DNA of 64,000 bases from the NCBI GenBank assembly GCA_051941275.1, contig JAVEBF010000001.1, forward strand, positions 1 to 64,000. The letters are read 5' to 3'. A program made the translations under genes and the position numbers. The stretch comes from Dirinaria sp. TL-2023a (lineage: Eukaryota). This document shows positions 11,561 to 23,590 of the stretch, piece by piece; position 1 is the first letter of the stretch, and every line of letters begins with the position of its first letter. The notes beneath the pieces are model-generated. The model did not search any database. It was given only the letters and a program-made list of their open reading frames with translations, and was not told the DNA's origin.

Positions 11561-12801
11561 ATGATTGCCCCATCTGGACGAGGGGTAGCGCTTCTCTGCA
11601 TCAATGCTGTAGTTTCCACCCTGGCAATAACATCTTACGGATTCCGTTTTCGCAACAATCTATCTCGGGCCAGGCAGGGCTTGCTACCCTTACATCACTT
11701 TATGATTACTGACGCCTTGGTCTTTGGTGCGACGGTATAGCTCGTTCTTCTCCTATACCTGCCTTCGAATCGGACTGACTGTCATGTCAGTTTTTTGTGC
11801 TCCTGAATAGCGCCGTCCGGGTCGTTTGTGGGTTGAATATCTTCCGGAAAAACAATACACGACACTAATAGTAACAGCAATTTTGCTCGGAGGCATCGGG
11901 TGGGACATTGACCGGCTTAGTCTTGATCAGGTGGAGTGGGCTCTGAAAGTGCGTTCTTCACGGCCAGAGCAATGACAATGAGACATATGCTGACAAGCAT
12001 CGAAGGCGCTATTCATCGAAGAGCTTGCCTGGACTACCTCCCTCTGCCTCCTGAAATTCGCACTTATCATCCTTTATGGTCGAATCTTCGTGTGCGGTAC
12101 TGGGAAAAGGAAAGCGCTGGTCATCCAAATCATCGCCTTTGTCGCGGTCGGTGGGCTATTGATAGGATCCATAACTTATTATTTCACGGAATGCAAGCCT
12201 TTACCTGCAGCGTGGACTCCGAACCTCGGTCATTGCGCGAAGCAGCGTGCGGGATGGCTTGGAACCGGCATCGCGAACCTGATTACCGATGTCTTCATTT
12301 TCAGCGTTCCTATCGTCTGGGTAGCGGATCTACAACTAAGCTTGCACAACAAGATCACGGTTGGTATTCAGCTATTTATGGGTGTCATGTAAGCTCTTCT
12401 GCTCCCCGCGCGATGACATGAGGCTCACATGAGGCAACCGCAGTGTAACGATCATCAGCTTCATCCGTATCTTCTTTGTCCTCAAGGTTCACCCAACAAA
12501 TGTTACTGGGTCGGTGGTTCGAGCCGATATTTTTAGTTGCATTGAACTCAACATGGCTATAGTCTTTGCTTCGGTATCCGGGATAGCGGGCAGAGAAGCG
12601 ATCAGTAGCTTCGTGCATCGCTTCATCGTCCCTAAATCAGTGACCTACGGGTACGCGTATCGATCTGGGGGAAGGACCAGTCCTGGGACTGGTCTACGGG
12701 ATCTTCGCGCTGGCGATCGCAAAAGCTGGCAGAAGCTTGACGCGAAAGTCAACGTAAAAACGGACATTGTGACCACGATTGAAGATGTGAATCATGTCTA
12801 G
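11561..12801 (+). CDS. PTH11-like (rhodopsin-domain, CFEM-less) integral membrane protein, multi-exon
   Basis: MIAPSGRGVALLCINAVV..., GGIGWDI, LCLLKFALIILYGRIF, ECKPLPAAW..GHC, NLITDVFIFSVPIVWV, IISFIRI, SCIELNMAIV. Introns near 11734, 11820, 11949 and 12389. Confidence 0.85.
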
Positions 12802-14993
12802 ATCCAGCTTGACATGGATACGATGTTATGAATTATGCAAGCCGGATTTTTACAGCGCCGGTGTTGGATAGTGTGTAATCATGCCTGCTTGAATCTGGCC
12901 TTGTACGACACGAGTCGATGATGTGGTGTTGTAATTCTCAAGACCGGGGAGGCAGGGCCAAAGGGATGCTCCTGCGAGCAAAGCGATTCTTTAAACAATT
13001 TTGTGTACGATTAATACCTCAATCCGGGGCCCTCACTTAGATTCATCACTACATGCGCTTCGAAGGCGCTGATGCTTCGCTCTCTGCAGCAACAACCCGC
13101 CATTTGGAAAGCCTCATGCTGATAAGCCGCAGGGCGCTCTGGAAATGCGGACATAGGAGAACTATCGCCTAAGTCTCCATCTGTGTTTGCTGCGCTCGAA
13201 CCTCCGTAACTCTGTATTTTGTGTACTCCATACTGCTGAGGACACCAATTCTAGGCTTTACAAGATTAAGCTCAGATTTAAAAAGGTCCCGTGTTTCGCT
13301 TATTGTATGAAGCCGGGAAATTCAAAAAGCAGAGGCGACAAGCGCAGGACCCCTACTCGACCAGAAATACGTGACAATAGACTTTGCACCCGAAAATACA
13401 CACAGGCTAATGCAGGTACTCGTACAAGGGAAATAGACTCTCCAAAGAGCCGTTCTGGCTGGGGTTTGCATGTTTCAGCTGCAATTGCTTTTATCTTCCG
13501 CGATCAGATCAACTCTTGTTCTTGCGCTGTAGGATCGTGAGCTATCTTCTCTTCCAGAGTAGTTTGTGATAGCTCTGTCTGCCGTCGATACAACAATCAT
13601 TATGTCTCGATCTTACCTTATGTTGGGGCAAATCAACCGCTTCTTTCGAGGCAGCCGCTTCTTAACAACCGGCCCCAATTGTCCAGAGCGAACTTCTGTA
13701 ACATCAGCGACAATCCACCCGACTGGTTCAGATCGGATGATGCACACTTCGCTGTGCGTCTAGCTTAGCTGCCAAGTTTCAGCAACCAAGCAGACTCTAA
13801 GCCAGCCTTAAAGGGGTTGTGGGCTTCTCAGAAAAGACAGCCGTTCGAATGGCGAATTTTCGACTGAGAGATAGTGGGTTTCTGTGCGGCTCATTCTGGA
13901 TCACGGTTCCACATGAGATTTAAAAGAGATCTTACGTTGGTCGTGTATCTTAATCTTTTATGTTTTATGCTTACAGCCTCATTGGAGTTGTTTCGTGATG
14001 TCAGTATATGACTCTTGGTCTTAAAGATACTGCCGCCTATCTGCTCAGGCGCGTAGATCTCGCAGTCCTCGTTTGAAGTTCTTGACTGGACCATCAAGCG
14101 GTTGGGTTATCTGGGCCAATACATTCCGATATCCAGAATATCCTATCCACTTGCCACTTTTCCAGGGCACACAGCGCTGCTGGAGCTAGCTCCATCTCGA
14201 ATCTATCACCTAAACCCACGGCGATTGCAAGCGGATCGGGGCGGACCATTTGACAAAGCGGACGCTGCTGCAAAATCTTCGGCAGCTCGGATGAACTTTT
14301 GGAACTGTGGTTGAGGAGTTCAGGAAGTCAGAAGAATAATCCAATATTGTTTCTGCTCTCACCACCGCCCATTCGATCTCGAATTGCTAGCATCCGCTGG
14401 TTACACGCCTCGACTTGCAATGATCGTAGCTGCAGATGTACAGCAATGTATTATGTGATAACCCTAACGCTTTTGGATGGGATATGGTTTAGAACTATTT
14501 GGGCTTTGGATGCAGAGATACCAGCGGATGGCTTGCGTAAATCCCTCAGGAGTGACATATCCGTGATTATAGTACCGGAAGAAACACCAAGATGGTGGGA
14601 GCTATAGTGGAACACGGAGATCAGTTCAATATCTTGCATGGACGTAAGTACTCACTTGCGGATCCCCAATGCGTTTAAGCACACACGGGTCATAACGATA
14701 TTCAGCTCCGAAGACATAGTGGAACCCTGAAATTTCAGCTCTGCAATTCCTGTGCTAGCATGGAGCCAAGTGGGTACGTTTTCGAGTTTGTTCTTCATTC
14801 AAGACCCCGAAATCTTTCATTCTCTTCCGCACTCAAAAAAAAAATCACCCAAATCACCCAAACTCTTTCTGTCCTGGATAGCAGGTACAGCTGGGCTCAT
14901 TCAGCCAACCCTACATTCTACTCACCCTGGTTCTCGATAAAGCCTTTGTTGAACTCTGCCCTAAATAGGTAGTCTTTCGCATCCTCTGGAGGT

Positions 14994-15960
14994 TCACGAT
15001 CCATTTCCGATATCGCAATCAGCGTGTTGCTTAGACAATTCGTCTAGAAGTACAATAATTGAACAAACGAGGTCTGCAGCTTCCGGAAGCGCTGTTGTAA
15101 AAAGTCCGCGAAGGAACGGAAGCCCAAATAAAATCAAGTAGTGCATTAGGCCGGTATATTGCGATTTCCCTGTCCACTCGATCCAATGATTGTACTTCGA
15201 ATGATTTTCGAGCTCACGAAACGGCATTTCAAGCTCTGATTGTACAAAAGAACCCTCTATGGCGGCAGAAACATGATCAAGCTTGCATGTCATGTAATCT
15301 CGCACACAGGCGATTTTATTAAATTCACCGAGATCGAATCTCATGAGTAGCTCCACAGGTTAATGAGAAGCCCTAGGCTGGTGACTGTATGGTCCTCGCT
15401 GACAAGCTAAACGATGTCAGAACGTTTCAAAATGGTAGAAGACCCCAGCGATTTTTCCCATCTCTATGTTAGAACGTCCTACTCTAAGTTGCTTCGGGAT
15501 CCATCTCTAGACTGACCATCTCGCCAAGGCTGAGCATGTAAACCATACAATGTTGTGGGAGATCTTTAGTGAAGCGATCCACACAGGCTCGCATTTGAAT
15601 CATTGGGATAGCTTACCCAAGTGGTATAGCAGCCGCATGATATCACATGTCACTATAGAATGTCTGTATGAATGTCCCAAGGTTTCGGCTTAATGGCGGA
15701 TTTGGAGTTTGGATGCTTTCAAGACATCCCAAGGCGGTGTCATGCTGTATGACCAGATTCGGCCAACAGATTCTTTGCCCGTCCTGAAGCCCTGGTAAAA
15801 GCGCGCAGAAGCGCAGAGCAATGCATGAGTTACTCCAACGTCGGTGACTGGGCACATGATAAGATTTCGAGTCTCCGATAGAAGAAGTAATGAGTCTATG
15901 ATTTCGGGACGAATGAAAAGTCGACTTGCTTCGGGGCATGAAAAGTGGTAGCTGAGGGCA
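14994..15960 (-). pseudogene. Degraded hypothetical fungal gene
   Basis: Protein-like fragments HALLCASARFYQGF, FDLGEFNKIACVRDYM and ILFGLPFLRGLF lie in different frames with stops between. Confidence 0.35.
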
Positions 15961-16418
15961 ATCGACCTACATGTAGACTGACAGGGTAAAATTTGTTACC
16001 AATCTAATGATATCATAGTAGCTATATGGCGTCAGTTAGATAATTGTAGATGTTGCAAATGAAATTATGACATGAAGCTACTTCACGTCTCTGGTAGGGT
16101 GTGTGGGGTTGTTAGGTTGACGGCCAATTCCCCGGAAAAAAACCATGCACAATATCAGATGTATAAAATACTTTCCCGAAGAAATTCAGACGGGGCAGTT
16201 ACACAGAAACGCATAACCATTTGTTGGAATGTATGCAGTGGGAGGTGACTTAGTAGGATGATTTTAGGCATTAAGAGGGGAAAAGCTGCCTTATGGCGAA
16301 GTAATCAAGCCCTGACTGAGCCCTGACATCTATGTCAACACCAATGGTTACTCTGGCCGGACTCACCTCCTGCTATCCTTTAAGAATTAAACAAAATTAC
16401 CACATGCTCAAATCTGCC

Positions 16419-17877
16419 ATGTACTCCACTGATTTCTCTTCTACAGCCCGGCACGCCGAGGCTCAAGGTCTCTTACACGGCATCGAAATTGAAGGCCAAA
16501 AACTCGTCTCCGGCGGAGATGACACACGCACTAACTTGATCACCAAAGCACGTTTTCTGATTGCAGCCTTAGAGACGCCAGTGGAGACTGTGACATGGAT
16601 AGCCTGGGCGGAGGTATGCGACGCCCTTTTGCACGATCACGCTCTGAAAATGACGTTCCTCTCTAGCCAACAAGACAAGCTGCGTTACGCATTGCCATCG
16701 ACCAGCGGCTTTTCGAGCACTTAGTCAAAGATCATGGAAATGCGAAGACGAAACAGCAACTTGCATTAGCGATTGGCGCAGACCCAAAGTTGATGTTTGA
16801 GAAAATCCGTACTGTGGCCTATAGTAGGGCCTGGTAACCTTGTCTTAGCGCGGATCTTAAAACATCTTGCTTCGATGAACGTGATCAAAGAGGTGGATGT
16901 AGACTGCTATACGTCTACAAAGGTAGCAAGGGTATTCACTATACCCAAGTATAGAGATGCACTCCCTTTTTGGTAGATGAGACTCTGACTCGACGGCGGA
17001 AGCGACTGACAAACCGCAGTGCTGAAACAGCGGGACCTGTATTTCAGAAGCTTCCAAGATATCTTGCCGAGACTCGGTGGATATCACCGTCAGATATTGC
17101 AGCTGGACCTTTCCAGTATGGCCAGGATACCGATTCTACCGTCTGGCAGTGGAGAAGCGAACGTCCCCAGCTCGAGCAGGCCTTCAACAATCATATGGCC
17201 GAATATCACCAAGGCCGACCAAGCTGGATGGACGAGAATTTCTACCCTGTAAAGGCTAGATTGTTGCAAGGTATGAAAACCGGTAAAGACGAAGTCGCTA
17301 TCGTGGATATTGGTGGGAACGTCGGCTACGGTCTTCATGAATTAAAGACAAAACATCCAGACCTACCAGGTCGCTTCGTGCTCCAAGACCGGCCTGATGT
17401 TATTGAAAAGGTAATAGACACAGGTGATAGCATCGAATCTTACGCGTATGACTTTTTCACGAAGCAGCCGGTTAAAGGTTAGTCAGTAACTTCCCAAACG
17501 AAAACGAGTTTTTTTTTACCATCTGCTCACGATCATCAGGAGCTCGAGCGTATTTCATGGACTCCATCCTCCATGACTGGGATGACTCCGATTGCCGGCG
17601 GATCTTGCATCAGATCGCCGGCGTGATGGGAAAGGGTCATTCAAAGCTTCTCATAAATGAGAATATTGTTTCAGATCGAGACGCAGATTGGAAACTAACC
17701 TCCCTGGACCGGTTCATGATGGCTTTAGCTTCGTCATTCGAGCGAGCAAAGACGGAATGGATCGAGCTACTTCGATCCGCCGGGTTCAGAGTGGTCGGAA
17801 TCTGGACGGTCGACTCGGCTGTAGAGAGTCTGATCGAAGCGGTTCTAGAGGGTGACGATACAACATTGGACATGTAG
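16419..17877 (+). CDS. SAM-dependent O-methyltransferase (OmtA/AflP-like), possibly splice-defective
   Basis: IAALETP, RILKHLASM, AFNNHM, IVDIGGNVG, GRFVLQDRP, YDFFTKQPVKGARAYF, ILHDWDD, ERAKTEW..LL.SAGF. Four introns; intron 2 lacks a canonical donor at the expected position. Confidence 0.85.
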
Positions 17878-20351
17878 CAAACCGTTCGCCATACACTCCT
17901 AAGCGGCTTCTCATGTAGCCTGAACGACTTTTGCAAATGACCATTTGCAAAAGGGATTGTGACTCTTTACGCTCCACCCCTCGGCCGATGCAAATGCAGC
18001 AATATTAAGATGTGTCATGGCCACTCGATTTGAATAGTGCCGACGAGGTGATCGAAGCGTCAATGACACAAGCATAGACGCACCGTTTTCAACAAGAATT
18101 TTCACACTCATGGGTATGAAGGGGCTCACGATTCACGGACAACTAGGTTTTAGATACGGATCTTTATCCTATCTACACGTTGCTGATGCATAGGACTGCA
18201 AACGGTTTATTGCTTGATACCAGACCCCAGTGCTGTACATGCTCTGACGACACGAGCTGGTGTCCATGGTACAATAGAGGAGCGAGAATTACTGGCACTA
18301 TGTACACTGCGAAAGGGTTTCGCTGTGATCAAAACGTGGTATTAAATAGTCCTACTGTAGCACGATGCAACCAGATCAAGTTCTAAATAATAGAGACGCA
18401 CTCACAGTCTTAATAAAAAGTAGCAGGTATAATCAAATTTCAATATTTAAATTGTACGAGACACGAATGGAGTCAGATAATGTAAAATCGAGGTACAAGA
18501 TCCTCGCCTGAGTGATTCCCACGATGGCTGCTCAGTCGAAGCCCGTCTACTCAAATTGACTATACAACTAGAAAGTTACGATACGAGTGATTTCATGGAA
18601 CAAATACCCAAGAAATCGTTTTGCATTCTGCAAAGGCTGTGCCATGTGTAACAGATACACTCTCAATCGATATCACTTCAAAGCAACGTCATATGTCGCA
18701 GTCAGCTACACTTCTTCCCTTTTCAATGCAACCGTTGTTGACGTTCTCATATTGTTATCGGAGAGACGCACTTGGCTCCCCTCAACCTTTGTCTCTCAGC
18801 ATTAGCAGCTCTCTAACCCCATGCGGCCGATATCTCGAGTGGGTGGACGAGCAATTAAGTGCTTTCACCATGTCATATTGAATTCGATTGAAGCAGATGC
18901 GATATCAAAACAATCATGGAAGCCCGAGAACGAGCCGGAAGTGTTTCAGATACCCATTGTAACATACGGTGCCCGAAAAAAGCTGCTCATTGCGTCTAGA
19001 AGGTCTAAGTTATCCTGTCCTCATTTAGACAGTAAACCAAGTATAATTGGAGAACGACCGACACAATACGGTCCCTGGCTTAGTTGACGGGGATAGGAAG
19101 CGCATACGAGGCCGCAATGGCATCGATGGCCTCAACAGGGTCACTCGAAGTGGTAATGGTATGACCGTGACTGCGCACAGGTCGCTGGCACTCTGATACT
19201 CACTGAGTTGGGGTCGACGAGACTTTGAAAGCAAGCAATGGCGATGATGGGCCACAAAGACTATATAGATGTATAATCACTGTCAGTAAGCTATAGAGGC
19301 CTATAGTCATGGGCAATGAAGCAGTTGCCACATCCTCGTATAATCGAGACACCAGCACATCACTGCTGACTAACTCAGCCTCGGATCATACGTTCGACAC
19401 CGAGCTTTGGAATTTGTGCAAATGAAAATGAACGAAATCAGGAAAGCAGGTCGTGAAAAGGAAATTCCCGAAGCTTCGTCCAAAAAGACCGAAATTGAGA
19501 GCGGAAGTAAGATTACTTCAGTAGCAAACAACAAAGCAGGCAATATGAAGGCTTAGCCAGGCGCTCTGCCTGTGATGTTACTTAGAGTGAGGTAGAAATT
19601 AGAACATTTGAATCAAATGTCAGTCAAAGATTTCGGTAGATAGTTTCCAATAGCTGAAAGAGCCATATAATTTGCAGCAGGGTTCTTAAAACTTCACTCC
19701 ATTCGCGGGGTATGTCCATTCTAGCCTTGGGAGCGAGAATTCGTTCCCCTCGCAGCTGTTGGAAATTAGAATGCAAGATGACGTCACTCTCAGCTTCTCA
19801 TAAATTTTCCGTCTTCACTTCCTTGTCAAAGCCTCATCACTATGATCAGAACAACGAATGCTACCGTCTTTGCTCATGCTCTGATATGATCTTTTTCAGC
19901 GCGCAAGAAATGGAGGATCTAGTTAGAGAATCAAATCAGACTGCAAAATGAGATCAGCCATAAGATAAGGTAACCTCAATTCGCCTATGGAAAGTTTTCA
20001 TCTTGTGGGGCTGCGAAAGCTTCGCGCTCCTTCCTCTTTCGTCATTCAAAACTCTTTCCATGCAGTTTCCCTCGCTTCGGCCTTGTTTCCTTATCGCGGA
20101 AAGTCGAGGAACAGCATCTGTCCCACCTGTTGCGTTTTAGTTGCCTGATCAGTCCGTGCAGCAGTAGGTAATATCACGCCATCATGCACTGTTCAAGACT
20201 CTGCATTTTGCCTTGGTATACAGAGATCCACGCTTTGCGTGGGATCCTTGATTACAGTTACTGTGCGTCAACCCTCTCTTCATTGTCGGCTTGAGTAGAG
20301 TATTCGTACTCGTTTCTCACGCATTGCCTCTCGTGTCACGCCTAGTCAACA

Positions 20352-21980
20352 ATGGGTGTTCAGAATCTCGCAGCTAGCCTCGGGGCTCTGCCCTTGATCG
20401 CCGCAATGGCTGCAAGACAGCTGTCTACTTCTGCAGATTTGGAACATTCCAGATATTCAATTGAGCGCCGACAAAGCGACTCGACCTATCCAGCGCATAC
20501 GATTGATATGCCAATCGATCATTTCCCTGGGAGTCCGCGTTACATTCCGCACACAAATGCGACCTTTCCTCAGAGATACTATTTCGACTCTACTTATTAT
20601 AAACCCGGTGGCCCAGTGTATCTGTATATCGGAGGGGAGACAAGTGGGCCCAGCAGGTTCTCAAATTTGGAAACAGGAATAATTCAAATCTTAATGAATG
20701 CGACAAATGGGTTGGGCGTTATCCTCGAGAACAGATACTATGGAGAATCGTATCCCTTTAACACCTCAACCACGGACGAGCTAGCCTATTTGACCACCGA
20801 GCAGACCATTGCAGATAATGCATATTTCGCCACACACGCAACCTTCCCTGGCATCAAGGGTAATCTATCGGCACCAAGCACTCCGTGGATCTTGTATGGA
20901 GGAAGTCTGGCAGGCGCTCAGACTGCCTTCTCTATCAAGCAGTACGGTGATCTGCTGTTTGGAGGCATTGCCAGTAGCGCTGTTACCCATGCTGTGCTTG
21001 CTTATCCCGAGTGGTATGCACCCATCCAGAAATTTGCTCCTCAGGACTGTGTAACAAGCATCAACAATATCATTGACAAACTCGATGCTCTCATCGCTGC
21101 CAACAACACTGAAGCGATTTCTGAATTCAAGGCTATCTTCGGTCTCGAAGCGCTGACTGATAATCGAGATTTCGCAATGACCATCGCCTTCCCAATCGGG
21201 GGACCGATGAATTATCCAACCAATACTTGGCAAGAATTAAATTGGAACTCCACTTACGGCTCTCAGGACTTTTTTCACTTTTGCTCCAACGTCACCAATC
21301 TGGACGCTCCTGATAATATCACAGCGATCGATACAATCCTCAGTAATTATAGTAACGGAGAGCCGTGGACCAATTTGGGCAATTATGCCCAATACGTGAA
21401 ACAGATCCTTCTCCCCCTATGCGACGGCTCACCAATCGACAGCACAGCGTGCTTCGGCACCCAAAATCAGACCTTTTATGCCGACACAAGCAACTCCGAA
21501 TCGCGCAGCTATCTTTATAGTACCTGTACCGAACAAGGCGCCTACCAAGTCGCGCCTGCATCTGGACCCTCGTTGATCTCCCGTGTCCTGCAGGTCAACT
21601 ACACCCAGCAATGGTGTGAATGGGCTTTCCCGCAAGGACAATTCAACTCAATCCCGAGCACACCCAACCTCACGTACTACAATCGCTATGGGGACTTCAA
21701 TTTCTCGGCGGACCGTCTCGCCTTCATTGACGGGAATATCGACGTCTGGCTTGATGTCTGCTACCACTCCAACGATGCCCCTGCCCGATATTCGACCGAC
21801 TTGCACCCCGAGTACCTAATTGCCGGCGCTGGTCATCACTGGGATAGCTATGGCATTCTCGATATCGCGGCAGAGCCGCAATTCATCCAGCAAGCGCATT
21901 TGTGGGAGATTCGAACTGTGAGAAAGTGGCTAGCAACTTTCAGCAGCTGGAAATCGGAGGTCAAGCATACAGAACTCTAG
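20352..21980 (+). CDS. Secreted serine peptidase family S28 (prolyl carboxypeptidase-like)
   Basis: PIDHF, QRYYF..YYKPGGPVYLYIGGE, LENRYYGESYP, YLTTEQTIADNAYF, nucleophile GGSLAG, DVW, GHHWD; intronless, 542 aa. Confidence 0.95.
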   Translation: MGVQNLAASLGALPLIAAMAARQLSTSADLEHSRYSIERRQSDSTYPAHTIDMPIDHFPGSPRYIPHTNATFPQRYYFDSTYYKPGGPVYLYIGGETSGPSRFSNLETGIIQILMNATNGLGVILENRYYGESYPFNTSTTDELAYLTTEQTIADNAYFATHATFPGIKGNLSAPSTPWILYGGSLAGAQTAFSIKQYGDLLFGGIASSAVTHAVLAYPEWYAPIQKFAPQDCVTSINNIIDKLDALIAANNTEAISEFKAIFGLEALTDNRDFAMTIAFPIGGPMNYPTNTWQELNWNSTYGSQDFFHFCSNVTNLDAPDNITAIDTILSNYSNGEPWTNLGNYAQYVKQILLPLCDGSPIDSTACFGTQNQTFYADTSNSESRSYLYSTCTEQGAYQVAPASGPSLISRVLQVNYTQQWCEWAFPQGQFNSIPSTPNLTYYNRYGDFNFSADRLAFIDGNIDVWLDVCYHSNDAPARYSTDLHPEYLIAGAGHHWDSYGILDIAAEPQFIQQAHLWEIRTVRKWLATFSSWKSEVKHTEL

Positions 21981-22398
21981 TAGACTTGAGTGGCTAAAAA
22001 CAACAGAGGCAAGAGGTCGTTAGTTAGCGCATCGAATCGGGCACAACCATTTAATGAAGAGATTCACCATTATCTGGGGAAAGGGGAGAAGAGGGAGAGA
22101 ACGCGCGCGCTATGATGATTTTGTCATGGAGCTGTGCAGTCGAAAGAAATCTAAAGAAAGTAAGTTAGCTACATTATTCTTGAAAATAGGCCCAGGAAAA
22201 GCTACCAGTCTCACCATCGATCTATATTTTCTGTATTGTTACATAAGCCCTCTTCCAGTCTAAGTTGAACCCTCTCGATTGCTTTCAAACTCTCTGTAGA
22301 ACCCATGCTTTAGCATTAACGGCTTGCCGATCAAGCCAGCCATCTACTAGTGGCGAGGGTAAAACGAATCCAAAAAGTCAAAATAATTCAATCTACCA

Positions 22399-23590
22399 AT
22401 GAATAGCCGCGATAAATGTGACTACTTGAAAGCTACGAATGTGGAAGAGAACCTAAGATATCGCAACCAGAGATCCCAGCGCCAAGCAGATTTCTAGGAG
22501 CATTTCAAAGAACGCTCAGAAAGTAAAAAGCTCAGCCCAACTACTCGAGAATTATTTGTACTCATAGCCAACGAAGTCAAACTTGCACTGAATATCAGAG
22601 CAACTGATTACAATCGAAAGGTAGTAATTAAAGAACTCATCAAGATGTAGACCATATCTAATTACGTCTATCAGCGCCAAGCGTACATTCAGCGACTAGA
22701 GAGATACGACCACATGGCACGTATGGGTGACTATGCCATGGCCACCTGCAAAGTCTTCAAAAACGCGTCTGGCGAAAACTAGACCTTCAAGAAGTTCTGG
22801 TGGGTCGATGTCAACCGCCAAATCCACGATGAGAGACGCGCCTACGTGAGTGGCAGGACCCCGACAAGGAGGGTGAGAGGTCGGAGGCGAAGCTCAAGCA
22901 CGAGATGACCAGGGCAATGCATGATATCGGCGACGATAAGTAGGATCAAATTCTGTGGGAGATTTGCTTCCATCAAGATCGAAACCGTGAGATGCGTGAC
23001 CAGCCGGGCGATGCAGCGAAGTACTGGCCATAGTGGAGAAAATCTACGAGATCTTTCAAGTGTGTTGCCGGAGGGGAAGAAGAGATACTTGAGGAGATAT
23101 CAGAAGATGGTCGTGCGATTCAGAAATCTTTGGTTTAAACCCACAGTTGACGAGAATGGCAAGATGACTTTTATAATAAATAAAGCCAAGAGTGAAGTTT
23201 AAGAACTTCAAAAAGACTATGCCAATTGTTCAACAACAGAAGAATTGAATGAGCTTCGGCGGAGGATGAATGAGATGAAGAACTTGATTATGAAATTGCA
23301 GTCCACAGTGAGCGGCATAGACAAAAGTGACGATGAGCATTACAAAGCAATCACGATCTTTTTACAAACAAATTTCGAATATCATGCTTCAGAGAACAAA
23401 TAGCGAAACCAATCTCGGAAACGACTCTGATCCGGATACGAAATCTATTTTCTCAAGACAAAGCGACAATAAGATGCAGAGATCGATGAGACCTTCAAGA
23501 ACATGAGTTGGATGAAGAGCGATGACCGTGAGAATGAAAATAGCCACATTATGTACTACATGTACATTAGAAACGTACCCAATTCATGAC
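22399..23590 (+). pseudogene. RIP-like degraded hypothetical (coiled-coil) gene
   Basis: Long A-rich frame with many TAG/TAA/TGA stops between protein-like blocks (ELFVLIANEVKLAL; RDLSSVLPEGKKRYLRRYQKMVVRFRNLWF; EELNELRRRMNEMK). Confidence 0.55.

Noticed and set aside
13100..14700. Short ORFs on both strands
   Set aside because: No coherent exon chain or recognisable motif.
20225..20246. Hairpin GATCCACGC-TTT-GCGTGGGATC upstream of the S28 peptidase
   Set aside because: Short and imperfect; expected by chance in 64 kb.
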